Shown one piece after another: positions 10,063 through 20,036 of a stretch of 64,000 bases of DNA. The stretch is from a bacterium. GTDB taxonomy: Bacteria > Patescibacteriota > Dojkabacteria > JAKAPS01 > JAJZLI01. The stretch lies in contig JAJZWL010000001.1 of the NCBI GenBank assembly GCA_021846685.1, positions 387 to 64,386 on the forward strand, read 5' to 3'. The notes beneath the pieces were generated by a model. It saw only the letters and a program-made list of their open reading frames with translations. It was not told the origin of the DNA and made no database searches. Each line of letters opens with the position of its first letter. Position 1 is the stretch's first letter. A program made the translations under genes and the position numbers.

Positions 10063-10856
10063 GACGATGTAAAATTGCAAGTCTGTAAGTATGCTAAGTA
10101 ATAAGCATATACGCTATTTGCATATGCTGTAGCTTGCGGACCTCCTCCATTAGGATCTTCATAATAGATCCCACCACCTCCGTTGTACTTAGTAGAAGCA
10201 TTTAATAATTTTGCTTCTGTCCACTGCTTTATATTTGTAACTCCTACAGAGCTATCAAGATAAATACTTGCCCCAATCATTGAATCAAGAAATATACTCT
10301 GATTAATCCCCAAACTATATATATTGGGGAAATTTGAACTTAGAATGGTTGATACCCCAGAAACGTATCCTGCCCAAGTAGAAGGTTCAAATTGATAAGG
10401 GCCTGGTGATGTTGGATTTGTATCAGGATAATAAATAGATTCTATATTAGAAATTGATCCATGTGCTATCGTTCCATTAAATAAACAATTTGGGCCACTT
10501 TCTTGTCTTTTTTCTGCAGCTAAATATGCAGGAGGGATATTCATTAGTGTCCCTACTGTACTATATACAGATAATAAATTAGTAGACAAATGACAGTACC
10601 CCCCATTTAAACCAGGGGTAAATAAGCTTGAATTGCAAGCTGCACTTGGGGTGAGAGTTCCCGGAGGGATAGTTCCTGCAGATGCATATACTGACCCTCC
10701 CGGATTATTATATTCCGTTAAGGGAACCGCACACCAAGGTTGCACTTCTGATGTTACGGCATAGATATTTTTAGGATGGAGTATGAAAATAGCTACAACT
10801 ATTATAAAAGTTGCGATAAAAATATTTTTTACAGTTTTAATGTCTTTATTTTCCAT
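10059..10856 (-). CDS. Secreted lytic transglycosylase / lysozyme-like protein
   Basis: Signal peptide; IPPAYLAAEKRQES, GPYQFEPSTW, KYNGG, YANSV match SLT motifs I-III. Confidence 0.7.
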   Translation of the reverse strand: MENKDIKTVKNIFIATFIIVVAIFILHPKNIYAVTSEVQPWCAVPLTEYNNPGGSVYASAGTIPPGTLTPSAACNSSLFTPGLNGGYCHLSTNLLSVYSTVGTLMNIPPAYLAAEKRQESGPNCLFNGTIAHGSISNIESIYYPDTNPTSPGPYQFEPSTWAGYVSGVSTILSSNFPNIYSLGINQSIFLDSMIGASIYLDSSVGVTNIKQWTEAKLLNASTKYNGGGGIYYEDPNGGGPQATAYANSVYAYYLAYLQTCNFTSS

Positions 10857-11539
10857 TGGTTGTTATATTTTTTAAAAGTTACGCTCATATTCCGAGTATA
10901 CTGGTTTACTCCCCCATTTCCACTATCAAGAGTTAATACGTATTTATATTCTACAATATATTCTTTATTTTGAATATATTTTAATATTTTAATATTTTCT
11001 AAAGAAGGATAAGCTAATAAGAACTTAGTATAATTATTAGCAAGATAGGCTTGCATAGAATTATCATTAGAGTATAAAAATGCAGGAATAGAGTAGAAAT
11101 GCTCAATTAAGTATGCTTTATAGTTAACCAGACTTGATTGATTTTGAGGATAAGGAATATTATATATGTCATAAGAGAGGTAATACCCTAGATATATTGG
11201 GTTATTATAATTTTTCCCTGTATAGTTATTAGGGGATTTCATGAAATATTCTTTATATGAATTTGTATTTTTGTAGTATTTAAAGTATGTAATGCTCCCA
11301 GTAGCTATATTAACATTAGTTGAAAAAATAGTATTGGAAAAACTTTGAGTAGTAAATAATTTCTCACTTGGAATACTCCCAGAGATAGGCCCAATTTTGC
11401 TAAAAGCAATGTTTTTATTTATTGTATTTTGATAGGGTTTTTCCCCAATAAAGAATGACATGATAAAAATCAAAACTATTATTCCTAATATTATAAATCC
11501 ATATTGTTTTAAAAAATTTGTAATTTTAACTAAATCCAT
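10829..11539 (-). CDS. Bitopic membrane protein with NTF2-like (VirB8/TcpC-like) C-terminus
   Basis: N-terminal TM; C-terminal strands YIVEYKYVL...VTFKKYNNQWKI. Confidence 0.55.
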   Translation of the reverse strand: MDLVKITNFLKQYGFIILGIIVLIFIMSFFIGEKPYQNTINKNIAFSKIGPISGSIPSEKLFTTQSFSNTIFSTNVNIATGSITYFKYYKNTNSYKEYFMKSPNNYTGKNYNNPIYLGYYLSYDIYNIPYPQNQSSLVNYKAYLIEHFYSIPAFLYSNDNSMQAYLANNYTKFLLAYPSLENIKILKYIQNKEYIVEYKYVLTLDSGNGGVNQYTRNMSVTFKKYNNQWKIKTLKL

Positions 11540-11550
11540 AATAAAGAATA

Positions 11551-13845
11551 TTAATGTAATTGCCCTCCTGCAGGACGTGCGTAGCCAGCTATACAGTATC
11601 CCGAAGATCCCACAAAACTATATGCTGTTCCTGGATTATAATCATAGCATACAGGAATATTTGTATCAGTAACCACATGAATCCCTTGTTGTGGATCTGA
11701 TGCTTCTATATCTGTATAATTGTTTGTTCCATTCCATGTTTTCACTATTCCTACATGACCTACTCCTGGACCATCTCCCGCTACATAATAATAAATCAGA
11801 TCACCTGGAACTACGTGAGATGCATTATAAAAAATGTGTAAAGAAGAGCTTTGAAATTGAGCAAATGTAGTTCTTCCTATATTATTAAATCCACTAGCCC
11901 TATAAACAGCTTGAGTTAAACCTGAACAATCAATTCCATTTCCTTGCCCACCATAAGGAGTACAACTCACAGGGTTAGTTTCTTGATATTTTCCGCCTAT
12001 AAACTTTTCGGCATCACTAATGATATGGGATGATGAATAATTAGGAGTAGAAGGTTTCGAATTTAGAACCTTTAAACAAGCAGATTGACTAAAACTAGAG
12101 TTTGCACCTCCTGTTCCAGAGCTAGCCCCATTACTTGAAGATCCTTGAGTACATGCAAATGGATTGTAACTTCCTAAGTTAGCAGCTACCACTGGGTCAT
12201 TTGAGGATAAAGCTCCTACATATACTAAATATAACAATAAAGGATCTGGAAACTGTGACCTATCTTTAATATAATACTCCCCTTTTGGCAATGGGGCATT
12301 TGTACCTGAATTACTAGAGGTGGAGGCACTATTTGCAAAATATGGTTGAAATTTATGAATATCTAGATTTTGCTGTATTATTGGAGCATCTCCTAACCAA
12401 GGAAATTCATAATTTGAGTTCACAACAGGAGAACCAGTAGTAGATGATGCTCCTGTAGATAAACATGCGACTGAACTACCACTGGGTGAAACTATACTAG
12501 CAGATACATTTGCATTAATACCGATTCCGTCAAAAAGATTAGCCTCTATTTGTTGAGCACTTTTCCCGTTATATGTCCCATTATTCTGCATTGCAGATAA
12601 TACACCCGAATATAAATAATCAGTATTCGGATTAACATACTCACTCCAAGCTTTAAGATTTGTATGTCCAATAGGAGGCCCTTGATTTAAAGATGCTTCC
12701 ATATACCATTCATCTGCAAGAATCCTATTTAATCCTTGTAAATATAAATTCGGGGAAAAAGTATCTGTGTATGTATTTGGGCAAGATCCTACCTTAGAAT
12801 TACAAGTCTCACTTACATTAATAGAAAAAGAATTACTCTGATTTACAGAAGTAGAACTTGATGTGTCTGTATTATTTTGTTGTTTAGTAGGACAGTAACC
12901 TCCTTTAACACTAGGAGCGCCAATAGCAGAAGAGGAAAAGATATTTGTTATACTAGAAAATATATTACCAAAAAAATTAACTATATCAGTAAGTATACTT
13001 AGCCCTCCATTACTTTGTACATATCCTCCAACAGTATTACTATTAGAGCTAGTTGGGTTATACGGACTTCCATAAGGAGCTAAAAGTTTACAAGTAAGCC
13101 CAGAAGAATTATTTGAAGAAGAAGCACAATTAGATTTTAATGCTTGTGAATTTGAAGTATCAAATTGTTGACTAGGCACACTCCCTACTACGGAATTATT
13201 TGGTAATTGCAGTGGATTATATTGATTATTCAATATAAAAGAACTTCCGAGAGTAAAAAGATCTGCAGCTGTTCCTAATGTAGGCACAGGAAAAAATACA
13301 ACTCCTACTGAAGAGCTTTGAGCAGGAGCCGTAATATTTACAGTCCCAGAAGAATTAGCCGTCTTCAATGAAAATGATCCAGTATTAACATTAAATCCTC
13401 CTAAACCAGAGACTCCTTTTGCAAGGGCACTAAAATTTACATATGGATCTATTCCCATCTTTTCGACCATATAACCAAAAGGTGTGTATGGATTTCCATA
13501 ACCCCCATTAAATGTAGTTCCGTTAGAGTTAATAGAGTTAAAATAATTTAATAACCCAATACCATTAACAGTTACATTAAATGCATAAGTGCCTCTTCCT
13601 TTTAACGTCTCTACCCCATTTGTATCTGAAATAACATGTAAAGGTACAGATACAGAATATTGCGAAGAAGATGTATTGCATGATGTTGCCATGTGGTTAG
13701 GAAAAGAAAAAGGATTTGCCCCTGCATTTCCACAAACATTTAAAGGCTCAGAGGATGCATATAGTTTCCCAGTTCCTAGAAAAAAAACTCCAAGTATCGT
13801 TATAATTAGGAAATATTTAAGATTTTGTTTTGATTTCAGGAACAT
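11551..13845 (-). CDS. Large secreted protein with C-terminal NlpC/P60 cysteine peptidase
   Basis: Signal peptide; Ser/Asn/Gly-rich body with Cys pairs; IDCSGLTQAVY, PGDLIYY, GHVGIV, IEAS. Confidence 0.85.
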   Translation of the reverse strand: MFLKSKQNLKYFLIITILGVFFLGTGKLYASSEPLNVCGNAGANPFSFPNHMATSCNTSSSQYSVSVPLHVISDTNGVETLKGRGTYAFNVTVNGIGLLNYFNSINSNGTTFNGGYGNPYTPFGYMVEKMGIDPYVNFSALAKGVSGLGGFNVNTGSFSLKTANSSGTVNITAPAQSSSVGVVFFPVPTLGTAADLFTLGSSFILNNQYNPLQLPNNSVVGSVPSQQFDTSNSQALKSNCASSSNNSSGLTCKLLAPYGSPYNPTSSNSNTVGGYVQSNGGLSILTDIVNFFGNIFSSITNIFSSSAIGAPSVKGGYCPTKQQNNTDTSSSTSVNQSNSFSINVSETCNSKVGSCPNTYTDTFSPNLYLQGLNRILADEWYMEASLNQGPPIGHTNLKAWSEYVNPNTDYLYSGVLSAMQNNGTYNGKSAQQIEANLFDGIGINANVSASIVSPSGSSVACLSTGASSTTGSPVVNSNYEFPWLGDAPIIQQNLDIHKFQPYFANSASTSSNSGTNAPLPKGEYYIKDRSQFPDPLLLYLVYVGALSSNDPVVAANLGSYNPFACTQGSSSNGASSGTGGANSSFSQSACLKVLNSKPSTPNYSSSHIISDAEKFIGGKYQETNPVSCTPYGGQGNGIDCSGLTQAVYRASGFNNIGRTTFAQFQSSSLHIFYNASHVVPGDLIYYYVAGDGPGVGHVGIVKTWNGTNNYTDIEASDPQQGIHVVTDTNIPVCYDYNPGTAYSFVGSSGYCIAGYARPAGGQLH

Positions 13846-14683
13846 ATATAAATATAGGTAAAGTTGTAGAATTAATTATATCAGCTTTTCCAGAAAGGAT
13901 ATATATAGGAACAATATAGTTATTTTTAAGATCTATAAAATATCCTTGAGATTGAGATGTAAAAGAAATATTATTTATTGCTAAACTTGTATTTATATAT
14001 GAAAAGGACTTACTCAACGTATTTTTATTTAAATTAAAATTTTGAGGATATCCACGCTTCTTATTTATATTAAAAGGATATATAGAGAAACTTACAGGAA
14101 TATTACTGTCTGTAAATATAAATTCATCATAAAACTTTACTCCATCAGGCTTATATATAAAGTTTCCATTTATTGTAGGATAATAATAAAGAACAGTTTT
14201 TCCGTTTAAAAATTTAATGTTTTTGTAAAAATTCACAGTACCTATTTTAAAATCTTGAGAAAGAATAGTATTTGCATATGTATAGATATTTGTTTTTTTA
14301 GCTTTATTTTTGATTGTATAAAAGTAACTACTATTAGAATATATCAAAGAGTTATTTTTTCCTTGCCAAACAAACTGATTATTAGTACTCGATACAGGAG
14401 GAGAGGATATTCCTAAATTTGAAGCTATTTGATATGGTGTTTTATTAAAAGAAAAAGAATAATATGAACTTCTTTCTGAAGGAAGATTTATAGAAAAAGA
14501 CTGGTTTGTATTATTTATATAATCACTTAAAAATGAGATTTTAGGGACAGAAGGCTTAGCAATTTGTGTTTTAACTGACTTAAGAGGGGTATTTTTTTTA
14601 GTAAAATTAGATCTGAAGTTAAAATACAGATATAAAAGTATTAAAAAAATAGAAAATGGTAATAATAATCTTATATATTTCAT
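13817..14683 (-). CDS. Membrane-anchored exported beta-rich protein
   Basis: N-terminal TM; YIVPIYILSG weakly YycH/YycI-like. Confidence 0.7.
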   Translation of the reverse strand: MKYIRLLLPFSIFLILLYLYFNFRSNFTKKNTPLKSVKTQIAKPSVPKISFLSDYINNTNQSFSINLPSERSSYYSFSFNKTPYQIASNLGISSPPVSSTNNQFVWQGKNNSLIYSNSSYFYTIKNKAKKTNIYTYANTILSQDFKIGTVNFYKNIKFLNGKTVLYYYPTINGNFIYKPDGVKFYDEFIFTDSNIPVSFSIYPFNINKKRGYPQNFNLNKNTLSKSFSYINTSLAINNISFTSQSQGYFIDLKNNYIVPIYILSGKADIINSTTLPIFIYVPEIKTKS

Positions 14684-14687
14684 GTTT

Positions 14688-17600
14688 TTATTGTCCTAAA
14701 TATTCTCCTTTATTTAAAATTTCCCCTTTATAAAGGTAAGGATTGGTAGTGTTAATTTTTACAATTCCCGCAGATGTTTTTATAAATACAGTATCTGCTA
14801 AAGAATTTGAGGGATTATTCTGAATATTTACAATTTTTCCAGATGTATATAAAAAGGTTGCAGCATGAGGAGCTCTATGATTAACTACATTAGCAGTATT
14901 ATTATTATTTCCTCCACTAGTAGCTCCAGCCCCCATTAATGACATCATTAATGCCCAGCCTAAAACCATTATAAAAATAGTTCTTAAAAAATCATCAATA
15001 TCAAATTCTCCCTTAAAAAAGAGGGCTATTATTCCTATCAATATATCTAATCCAATAGAGGCAATAGCTGCAGAATGAAAAAACCAACCTGATACAGTTT
15101 GATAGATATTTTTTAAAAAATCACCTATATAATAGAATATTCCATGTTGAAAAAAATATACTAAAAGTGAATTTATGCTCCAAACAGCTGCTCCAACAAC
15201 AACGAATCCTATTCCTCCGGTAATAATCCCTGCTATTCCTGTTATCCCAAAAGCTGCTCCTAATACAAAAGCTCCAATACTTGCCAAAGTGCCCCCTAAT
15301 GCAAATGCAGACATTGTTCCCATAACAAGAGCACTCCAACTTTGAAATGCCGCCATTCCTCCATGTTGAAAAAACAATCCTTCCCAAAAATTAGAAGTTG
15401 TTAATTGAGTATCTAGATATACTAAAAAGGCTGGATCTAAAATTTTTTCACCTACAAACTTAGTAAATCCACCTACTGCCTCAGAGAGTTTACTAGAATC
15501 ACTAATCATTCTATATGTTGCCCAACCGACTCCAGTTCCTACTCCTACAAGAGCACCTCCAATTGGGCCAAAAAGATAACTACCTACAAGATAGCCAAGT
15601 AAACCCGGTGTAAGAGAATCTCCTATGAACTCTGAAGCTTTCCCTATTGTAGCTTTTGATAAAAATGTGTTTAAAGCAGCTGTTTCTGGTTTTATATTCC
15701 CTAATATAGTTAATCCCGTTTTAATTCCTAAATATGCTCCTGTTACTGCAATAAACCCAACAGGAGTAGTAATTCCAAAAATAACTGATAAAACAGCTCC
15801 TCCTATCATTGCAGAATTTAAACTTTTAAATAAGTCTGCAGTAGTAAGATTTAAAGTTTCAGACAAATTTACTTGTGCAGTTACTGCTATTTTCCCTAAA
15901 GAACCCATTCCTGATTGGACTAAAGATTCTCTTATAAGATTTGGTAAATCAATTCCAACAAGACTAGAGTTCAAAAATTCTGAATTGAAGATTGCTTCAA
16001 ATCTTGCAGGATCAGTAAGCAAGAAACTTCTTAAGTTTAAATTTGCTTCAGTTTCTGCATCTAATCCGACTAGATTAGGGAAAATAGTACCTACAGGAAG
16101 ATTTGTATTTGCTAAAAGTTTAAAAAAATCTGATCCTGCAAAACTTGAACTCAGATCAAAACCTTTGAAAATAGAATCATTAAAGCTTTTAATAAAATCA
16201 GAATAACTGGAAGATAAATTTAACCCCCTGTCACTTAAAAATTGACGGAAATCTGTTGTATTTTTAAGACTATCTACTGTAAGCGGATTACTTAAATCTC
16301 CTATACTGCCACCTTTGTCTTCAACAAACTTTATTAACCCTGCTCTCAAAGATTCTGGATTTACAAAACTGGATGCTTCTGGATTTTTTAATACATCAGA
16401 CATTCTATAATAAGAATTCATTTCTTTCGAAACAGCTTTTACTCCAAATTTTGACAAATCTCTTGAATTTACTAAAGATTTATCTATTGCTTTCATATCT
16501 TCCTCAGTAAATCCTGCAATCGATTTTATATCTTCTCTGTAAATTTCCTTTAAAAGATTCTCCATATCTCCTCTTGCATACAGATCAGAAAGAGTTGTAT
16601 CTCTGGATAAATTATCAACAAGAGTGGTATCTAAAAATCGATTTCCTTGGGAGAGAGATTTAAGAAAATCTTCAAATTTCATTTTTTCAGGAATAGTTCC
16701 TAAGTTGGCGGTAGCATCAGTTAAATCCTTACTTCGATATAAAACATCTCTAATATCTGCCCTTGCCCCAAATTTGTCTAAAGCATCTGCCAAATCTTTA
16801 CTCTCCCCAAATTCTTTGAGATAATATGCTTTATCTAGTGCAATTCTATCTAAACTTTCTCTATAAAAAGCACTTGGATCTACACTTCCATAAGTCCTTA
16901 GTAATTCTTGTCTCTCTAATAAGGTATCTGCTCTAATATCTCTAAATTCTTTTGAAATATAATTCAAATCCCAATGATCAATCAAATTAGGGTCATGTAA
17001 ATACTCATACAAACCTTTTTCTCCATAAAATTTATCTAGCATATCTGAGCTATATCCGCTCTCTGCCAATTTATCATAAAGTTGATATCTATCAAGCCCA
17101 GATAAAATTTTAGGATCAAAAACTCCTGGTTCAAATTTTAAATCCACTATGTCGGGGTGAACTATAAACCTAGCCCCTCTTTTTCCAACGATAGTAATTA
17201 TTATACTAGGAACACCTACTGCAATTGCTCCTACTACAGCCCCAATAGGACCAAAAACTGAACCAATCAAAGCCCCCCCTCCTATAAATCCAATTCCAAC
17301 GTGAGAAATATCATATGCAGAAACACCAGAAATATCATGCAAAACAGAATCTTCAAATAAAGAACTTTTAAAGAAATCAGCAATAGAACCACTTACTAGT
17401 CCCACCCCCATAAAACCTAAGAATAAAGGATTCCCCCCAAAAAGAATAAATCCTAAGATCCCAACAATAGCACTTGGCCCTCCAATCTCGAAAAGATATT
17501 CAGATTTAAATAAAAAAGAAGACCTTACAAGATCTGATGCCTCTGTATAGTCTCCAAGAACTTTCCCAACAAAAGATAAATCTACCGCTCTAAAAACAGA

Positions 17601-19367
17601 AGTTACTGCAAATATACCAAGTCCTGTAAACATTAAAGGGATACCACTAATTCCAAAGATTGCAGCAACTATTGTCCCTATAACGGCACTTGTTATTCCA
17701 AAAGTCCCAGTTTTAACTATTAACTCAGGAAGTGATAAAGCCCTGTCTGTCATTGTAGTAGCTATTCTCTGAACCATATTTACTACTAAAGGATTTTGTT
17801 CAGAAAAATATGTGGTAAAGTCTAAAAAGAATTTAGATCCAAAATAAACAGAACCTACAATTACCCCTCCTACAGGAGACGACATAGCTATTCCTGCTAA
17901 CAATCCTGGAATTAAAGCCTCGAATCCATCTTTCAACATCATTTTTGCCACTCCAAAACCAAACCTTACTCCATCAAGAGAAGTTAATAATCTTCCAGCT
18001 AAACCTTCCCCATCAACATTCCTTAATAAGGAATATGTTATTCCTTGTTCATCTCCAACATACTTTGCTACTTCAAATAGAGCTTTATCTACAATACCTC
18101 TTAAAAAAGCAAATACAAAAGCAGGAGCTAAAACTATAAAATCTAAAAATTTTAAAAGATTTTTTCTCTTTCTTTTTGAAGGTCTTTTGGTCGCTTCTAT
18201 ATTTTTTATTCCCCTGAGTCTTTTCGACAATTTCGTATTATTTATTGTGTTTGAAATAAATTGCCTGCGCGTAAATTTACCTGTATTTTGATTTGGAGAT
18301 AATTTATTTAGTTTTTTACCAAAAGCATCTTCATAATTATCTGAAAATCTTTTTTCTCCAGAAAAATTATTACTTAAATCTGCCCATAAAAATCCTGATT
18401 TAAATTTTGAGCGTAAATTTTTTCTTTCAGGATAAATCAATTTTTGAACTTTTCTGTATCCTGTAAGTTTTGCAGAATCAGAAGACCTAACCATTCCTGA
18501 TTTCTTCGAATTAGCTAATGCAGTAAGTAATCCATAATAAGAACGTGAATTCTCTTCAACAAGACGCCTGACAAGAGGATTGTCTCCTTTGGCAAATTCT
18601 GCAGAAATCTTTGCATACTCAGAACTTTTTGAGCTTACAGAAGAAAATACTAGAGTTCTTTCCCAGTTATAGACAACCTTCCAAGAAGATGGTACAGAAA
18701 AAATTTTAGATTTTTTCCTCTTTCTGTGAGCATTGTTATCCATAACAAATTCCCACAAATTGTAATATTTAAAATTTTTATTACGAAGAGGAGCAACACT
18801 TATATCTACACCTTTATGATCTTTTAACAGCTGAACTTTCCCATCAACAGTTATTGGTTTCAAGTTTTCATCAAGAGCATACATATATCCTTTTGTATAT
18901 AGTGTTTGTAATTGTTTTTCTATTGCGGCTATATATATTGGGGCTCTATTTTTTAATGCTCTTTGTAATCCTTCTACTCCTGTTACATATTTTCTTTTTG
19001 AACCACTAACAGATTGTGGGTAAAAAGTTTTTGATATAATTGGGGCTAAAGATTGAGCCAAGAGGTATGCTTCTCTTTCTTTAAATTTTCTTCTATAACT
19101 TGCACTTAAATGTTTTGAAAAATCTCTATTAAGATTCTCTGCTATTGTAAGTTGTATGAATCTTTTAACTTGAGACTCTTTAACAATGGGAGAAAGTTTT
19201 TCTATTAATTTTCTAGGAACAACCCTTGTATCCCTATACTCCTGAACATATTTTGAAAGATTTATTCTATTTAAAGTAAGATCCCTTTTAAGATCAATTA
19301 CTGTGTAATATTGATCTGTGTATAAAGAGGTTATTAAATTTGCTAAGTCCGATAAATCATATTTCAT
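14688..19367 (-). CDS. 1559-aa multi-pass glycine-zipper membrane protein
   Basis: Basic N-terminus, two blocks of GxxxG hydrophobic hairpins around an acidic soluble region, M23-like tail. Confidence 0.85.
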   Translation of the reverse strand: MKYDLSDLANLITSLYTDQYYTVIDLKRDLTLNRINLSKYVQEYRDTRVVPRKLIEKLSPIVKESQVKRFIQLTIAENLNRDFSKHLSASYRRKFKEREAYLLAQSLAPIISKTFYPQSVSGSKRKYVTGVEGLQRALKNRAPIYIAAIEKQLQTLYTKGYMYALDENLKPITVDGKVQLLKDHKGVDISVAPLRNKNFKYYNLWEFVMDNNAHRKRKKSKIFSVPSSWKVVYNWERTLVFSSVSSKSSEYAKISAEFAKGDNPLVRRLVEENSRSYYGLLTALANSKKSGMVRSSDSAKLTGYRKVQKLIYPERKNLRSKFKSGFLWADLSNNFSGEKRFSDNYEDAFGKKLNKLSPNQNTGKFTRRQFISNTINNTKLSKRLRGIKNIEATKRPSKRKRKNLLKFLDFIVLAPAFVFAFLRGIVDKALFEVAKYVGDEQGITYSLLRNVDGEGLAGRLLTSLDGVRFGFGVAKMMLKDGFEALIPGLLAGIAMSSPVGGVIVGSVYFGSKFFLDFTTYFSEQNPLVVNMVQRIATTMTDRALSLPELIVKTGTFGITSAVIGTIVAAIFGISGIPLMFTGLGIFAVTSVFRAVDLSFVGKVLGDYTEASDLVRSSFLFKSEYLFEIGGPSAIVGILGFILFGGNPLFLGFMGVGLVSGSIADFFKSSLFEDSVLHDISGVSAYDISHVGIGFIGGGALIGSVFGPIGAVVGAIAVGVPSIIITIVGKRGARFIVHPDIVDLKFEPGVFDPKILSGLDRYQLYDKLAESGYSSDMLDKFYGEKGLYEYLHDPNLIDHWDLNYISKEFRDIRADTLLERQELLRTYGSVDPSAFYRESLDRIALDKAYYLKEFGESKDLADALDKFGARADIRDVLYRSKDLTDATANLGTIPEKMKFEDFLKSLSQGNRFLDTTLVDNLSRDTTLSDLYARGDMENLLKEIYREDIKSIAGFTEEDMKAIDKSLVNSRDLSKFGVKAVSKEMNSYYRMSDVLKNPEASSFVNPESLRAGLIKFVEDKGGSIGDLSNPLTVDSLKNTTDFRQFLSDRGLNLSSSYSDFIKSFNDSIFKGFDLSSSFAGSDFFKLLANTNLPVGTIFPNLVGLDAETEANLNLRSFLLTDPARFEAIFNSEFLNSSLVGIDLPNLIRESLVQSGMGSLGKIAVTAQVNLSETLNLTTADLFKSLNSAMIGGAVLSVIFGITTPVGFIAVTGAYLGIKTGLTILGNIKPETAALNTFLSKATIGKASEFIGDSLTPGLLGYLVGSYLFGPIGGALVGVGTGVGWATYRMISDSSKLSEAVGGFTKFVGEKILDPAFLVYLDTQLTTSNFWEGLFFQHGGMAAFQSWSALVMGTMSAFALGGTLASIGAFVLGAAFGITGIAGIITGGIGFVVVGAAVWSINSLLVYFFQHGIFYYIGDFLKNIYQTVSGWFFHSAAIASIGLDILIGIIALFFKGEFDIDDFLRTIFIMVLGWALMMSLMGAGATSGGNNNNTANVVNHRAPHAATFLYTSGKIVNIQNNPSNSLADTVFIKTSAGIVKINTTNPYLYKGEILNKGEYLGQ

Positions 19368-19376
19368 ATTTTATAT

Positions 19377-20036
19377 TCAATCATAATTATAATAAAAAAT
19401 ATTCTCAAAATAAGTCCTATTTGCATAAAAATTATTAATATCTGTTTCTGAGAAAACCCCATTTGAAAATATTTGATACAGAGGATATAAAATGCTATTT
19501 TCTTCTACATCACTAAAAAAAGATAAATCTCCTCCAAGTTCTGTATATTTTCTTATTTTAGAGAGAATAATACAATTCTGTATATACTTAAACCCTCCTA
19601 ATTCTTTATATTTTTCTATAAATCTATAATTAGCATCCATTGTTATTTTTAATCTTAAATCTAGATTATCAAAATTCTCTATTGATATTTTAGCTTCATT
19701 TTCTATTGAAACAGGATTATTTCCTTCATAAATATTATTGTCAATCATAATGGAGTACCCTTCTTTAGAGAAGAATAGATTTAGAAAATCTTTTTCAAAG
19801 AATTCATATAAGAAAGATAGATTTCCCTTATTTTGTGTTTGTATATATGTATATATTGCCCTATATAGATAATCATATAAAGGTGCTTCTAACTCATCTA
19901 TCGAAGAGGTCATATCTTCTAATTTTCGAAGTAGAAAATCTTCTATTTCAGGATATTCTTCTAACCCTTTTATAAAATCTACAAAAAGATAAAAGTTATA
20001 TCCAAATTTATTGTTATAGTAATCTCTAAGTAACAT
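19377..20036 (-). CDS. Acidic Tyr/Phe-rich cytoplasmic hypothetical protein
   Basis: ATG 20036 overlaps the upstream stop (TAATG); no TM segment. Confidence 0.7.
   Translation of the reverse strand: MLLRDYYNNKFGYNFYLFVDFIKGLEEYPEIEDFLLRKLEDMTSSIDELEAPLYDYLYRAIYTYIQTQNKGNLSFLYEFFEKDFLNLFFSKEGYSIMIDNNIYEGNNPVSIENEAKISIENFDNLDLRLKITMDANYRFIEKYKELGGFKYIQNCIILSKIRKYTELGGDLSFFSDVEENSILYPLYQIFSNGVFSETDINNFYANRTYFENIFYYNYD

Noticed and set aside
15121-18139. Nested or antisense ORFs inside the giant gene, including 15625-16206 (193 aa)
   Set aside because: Shadow frames of a coding strand, with no independent motifs
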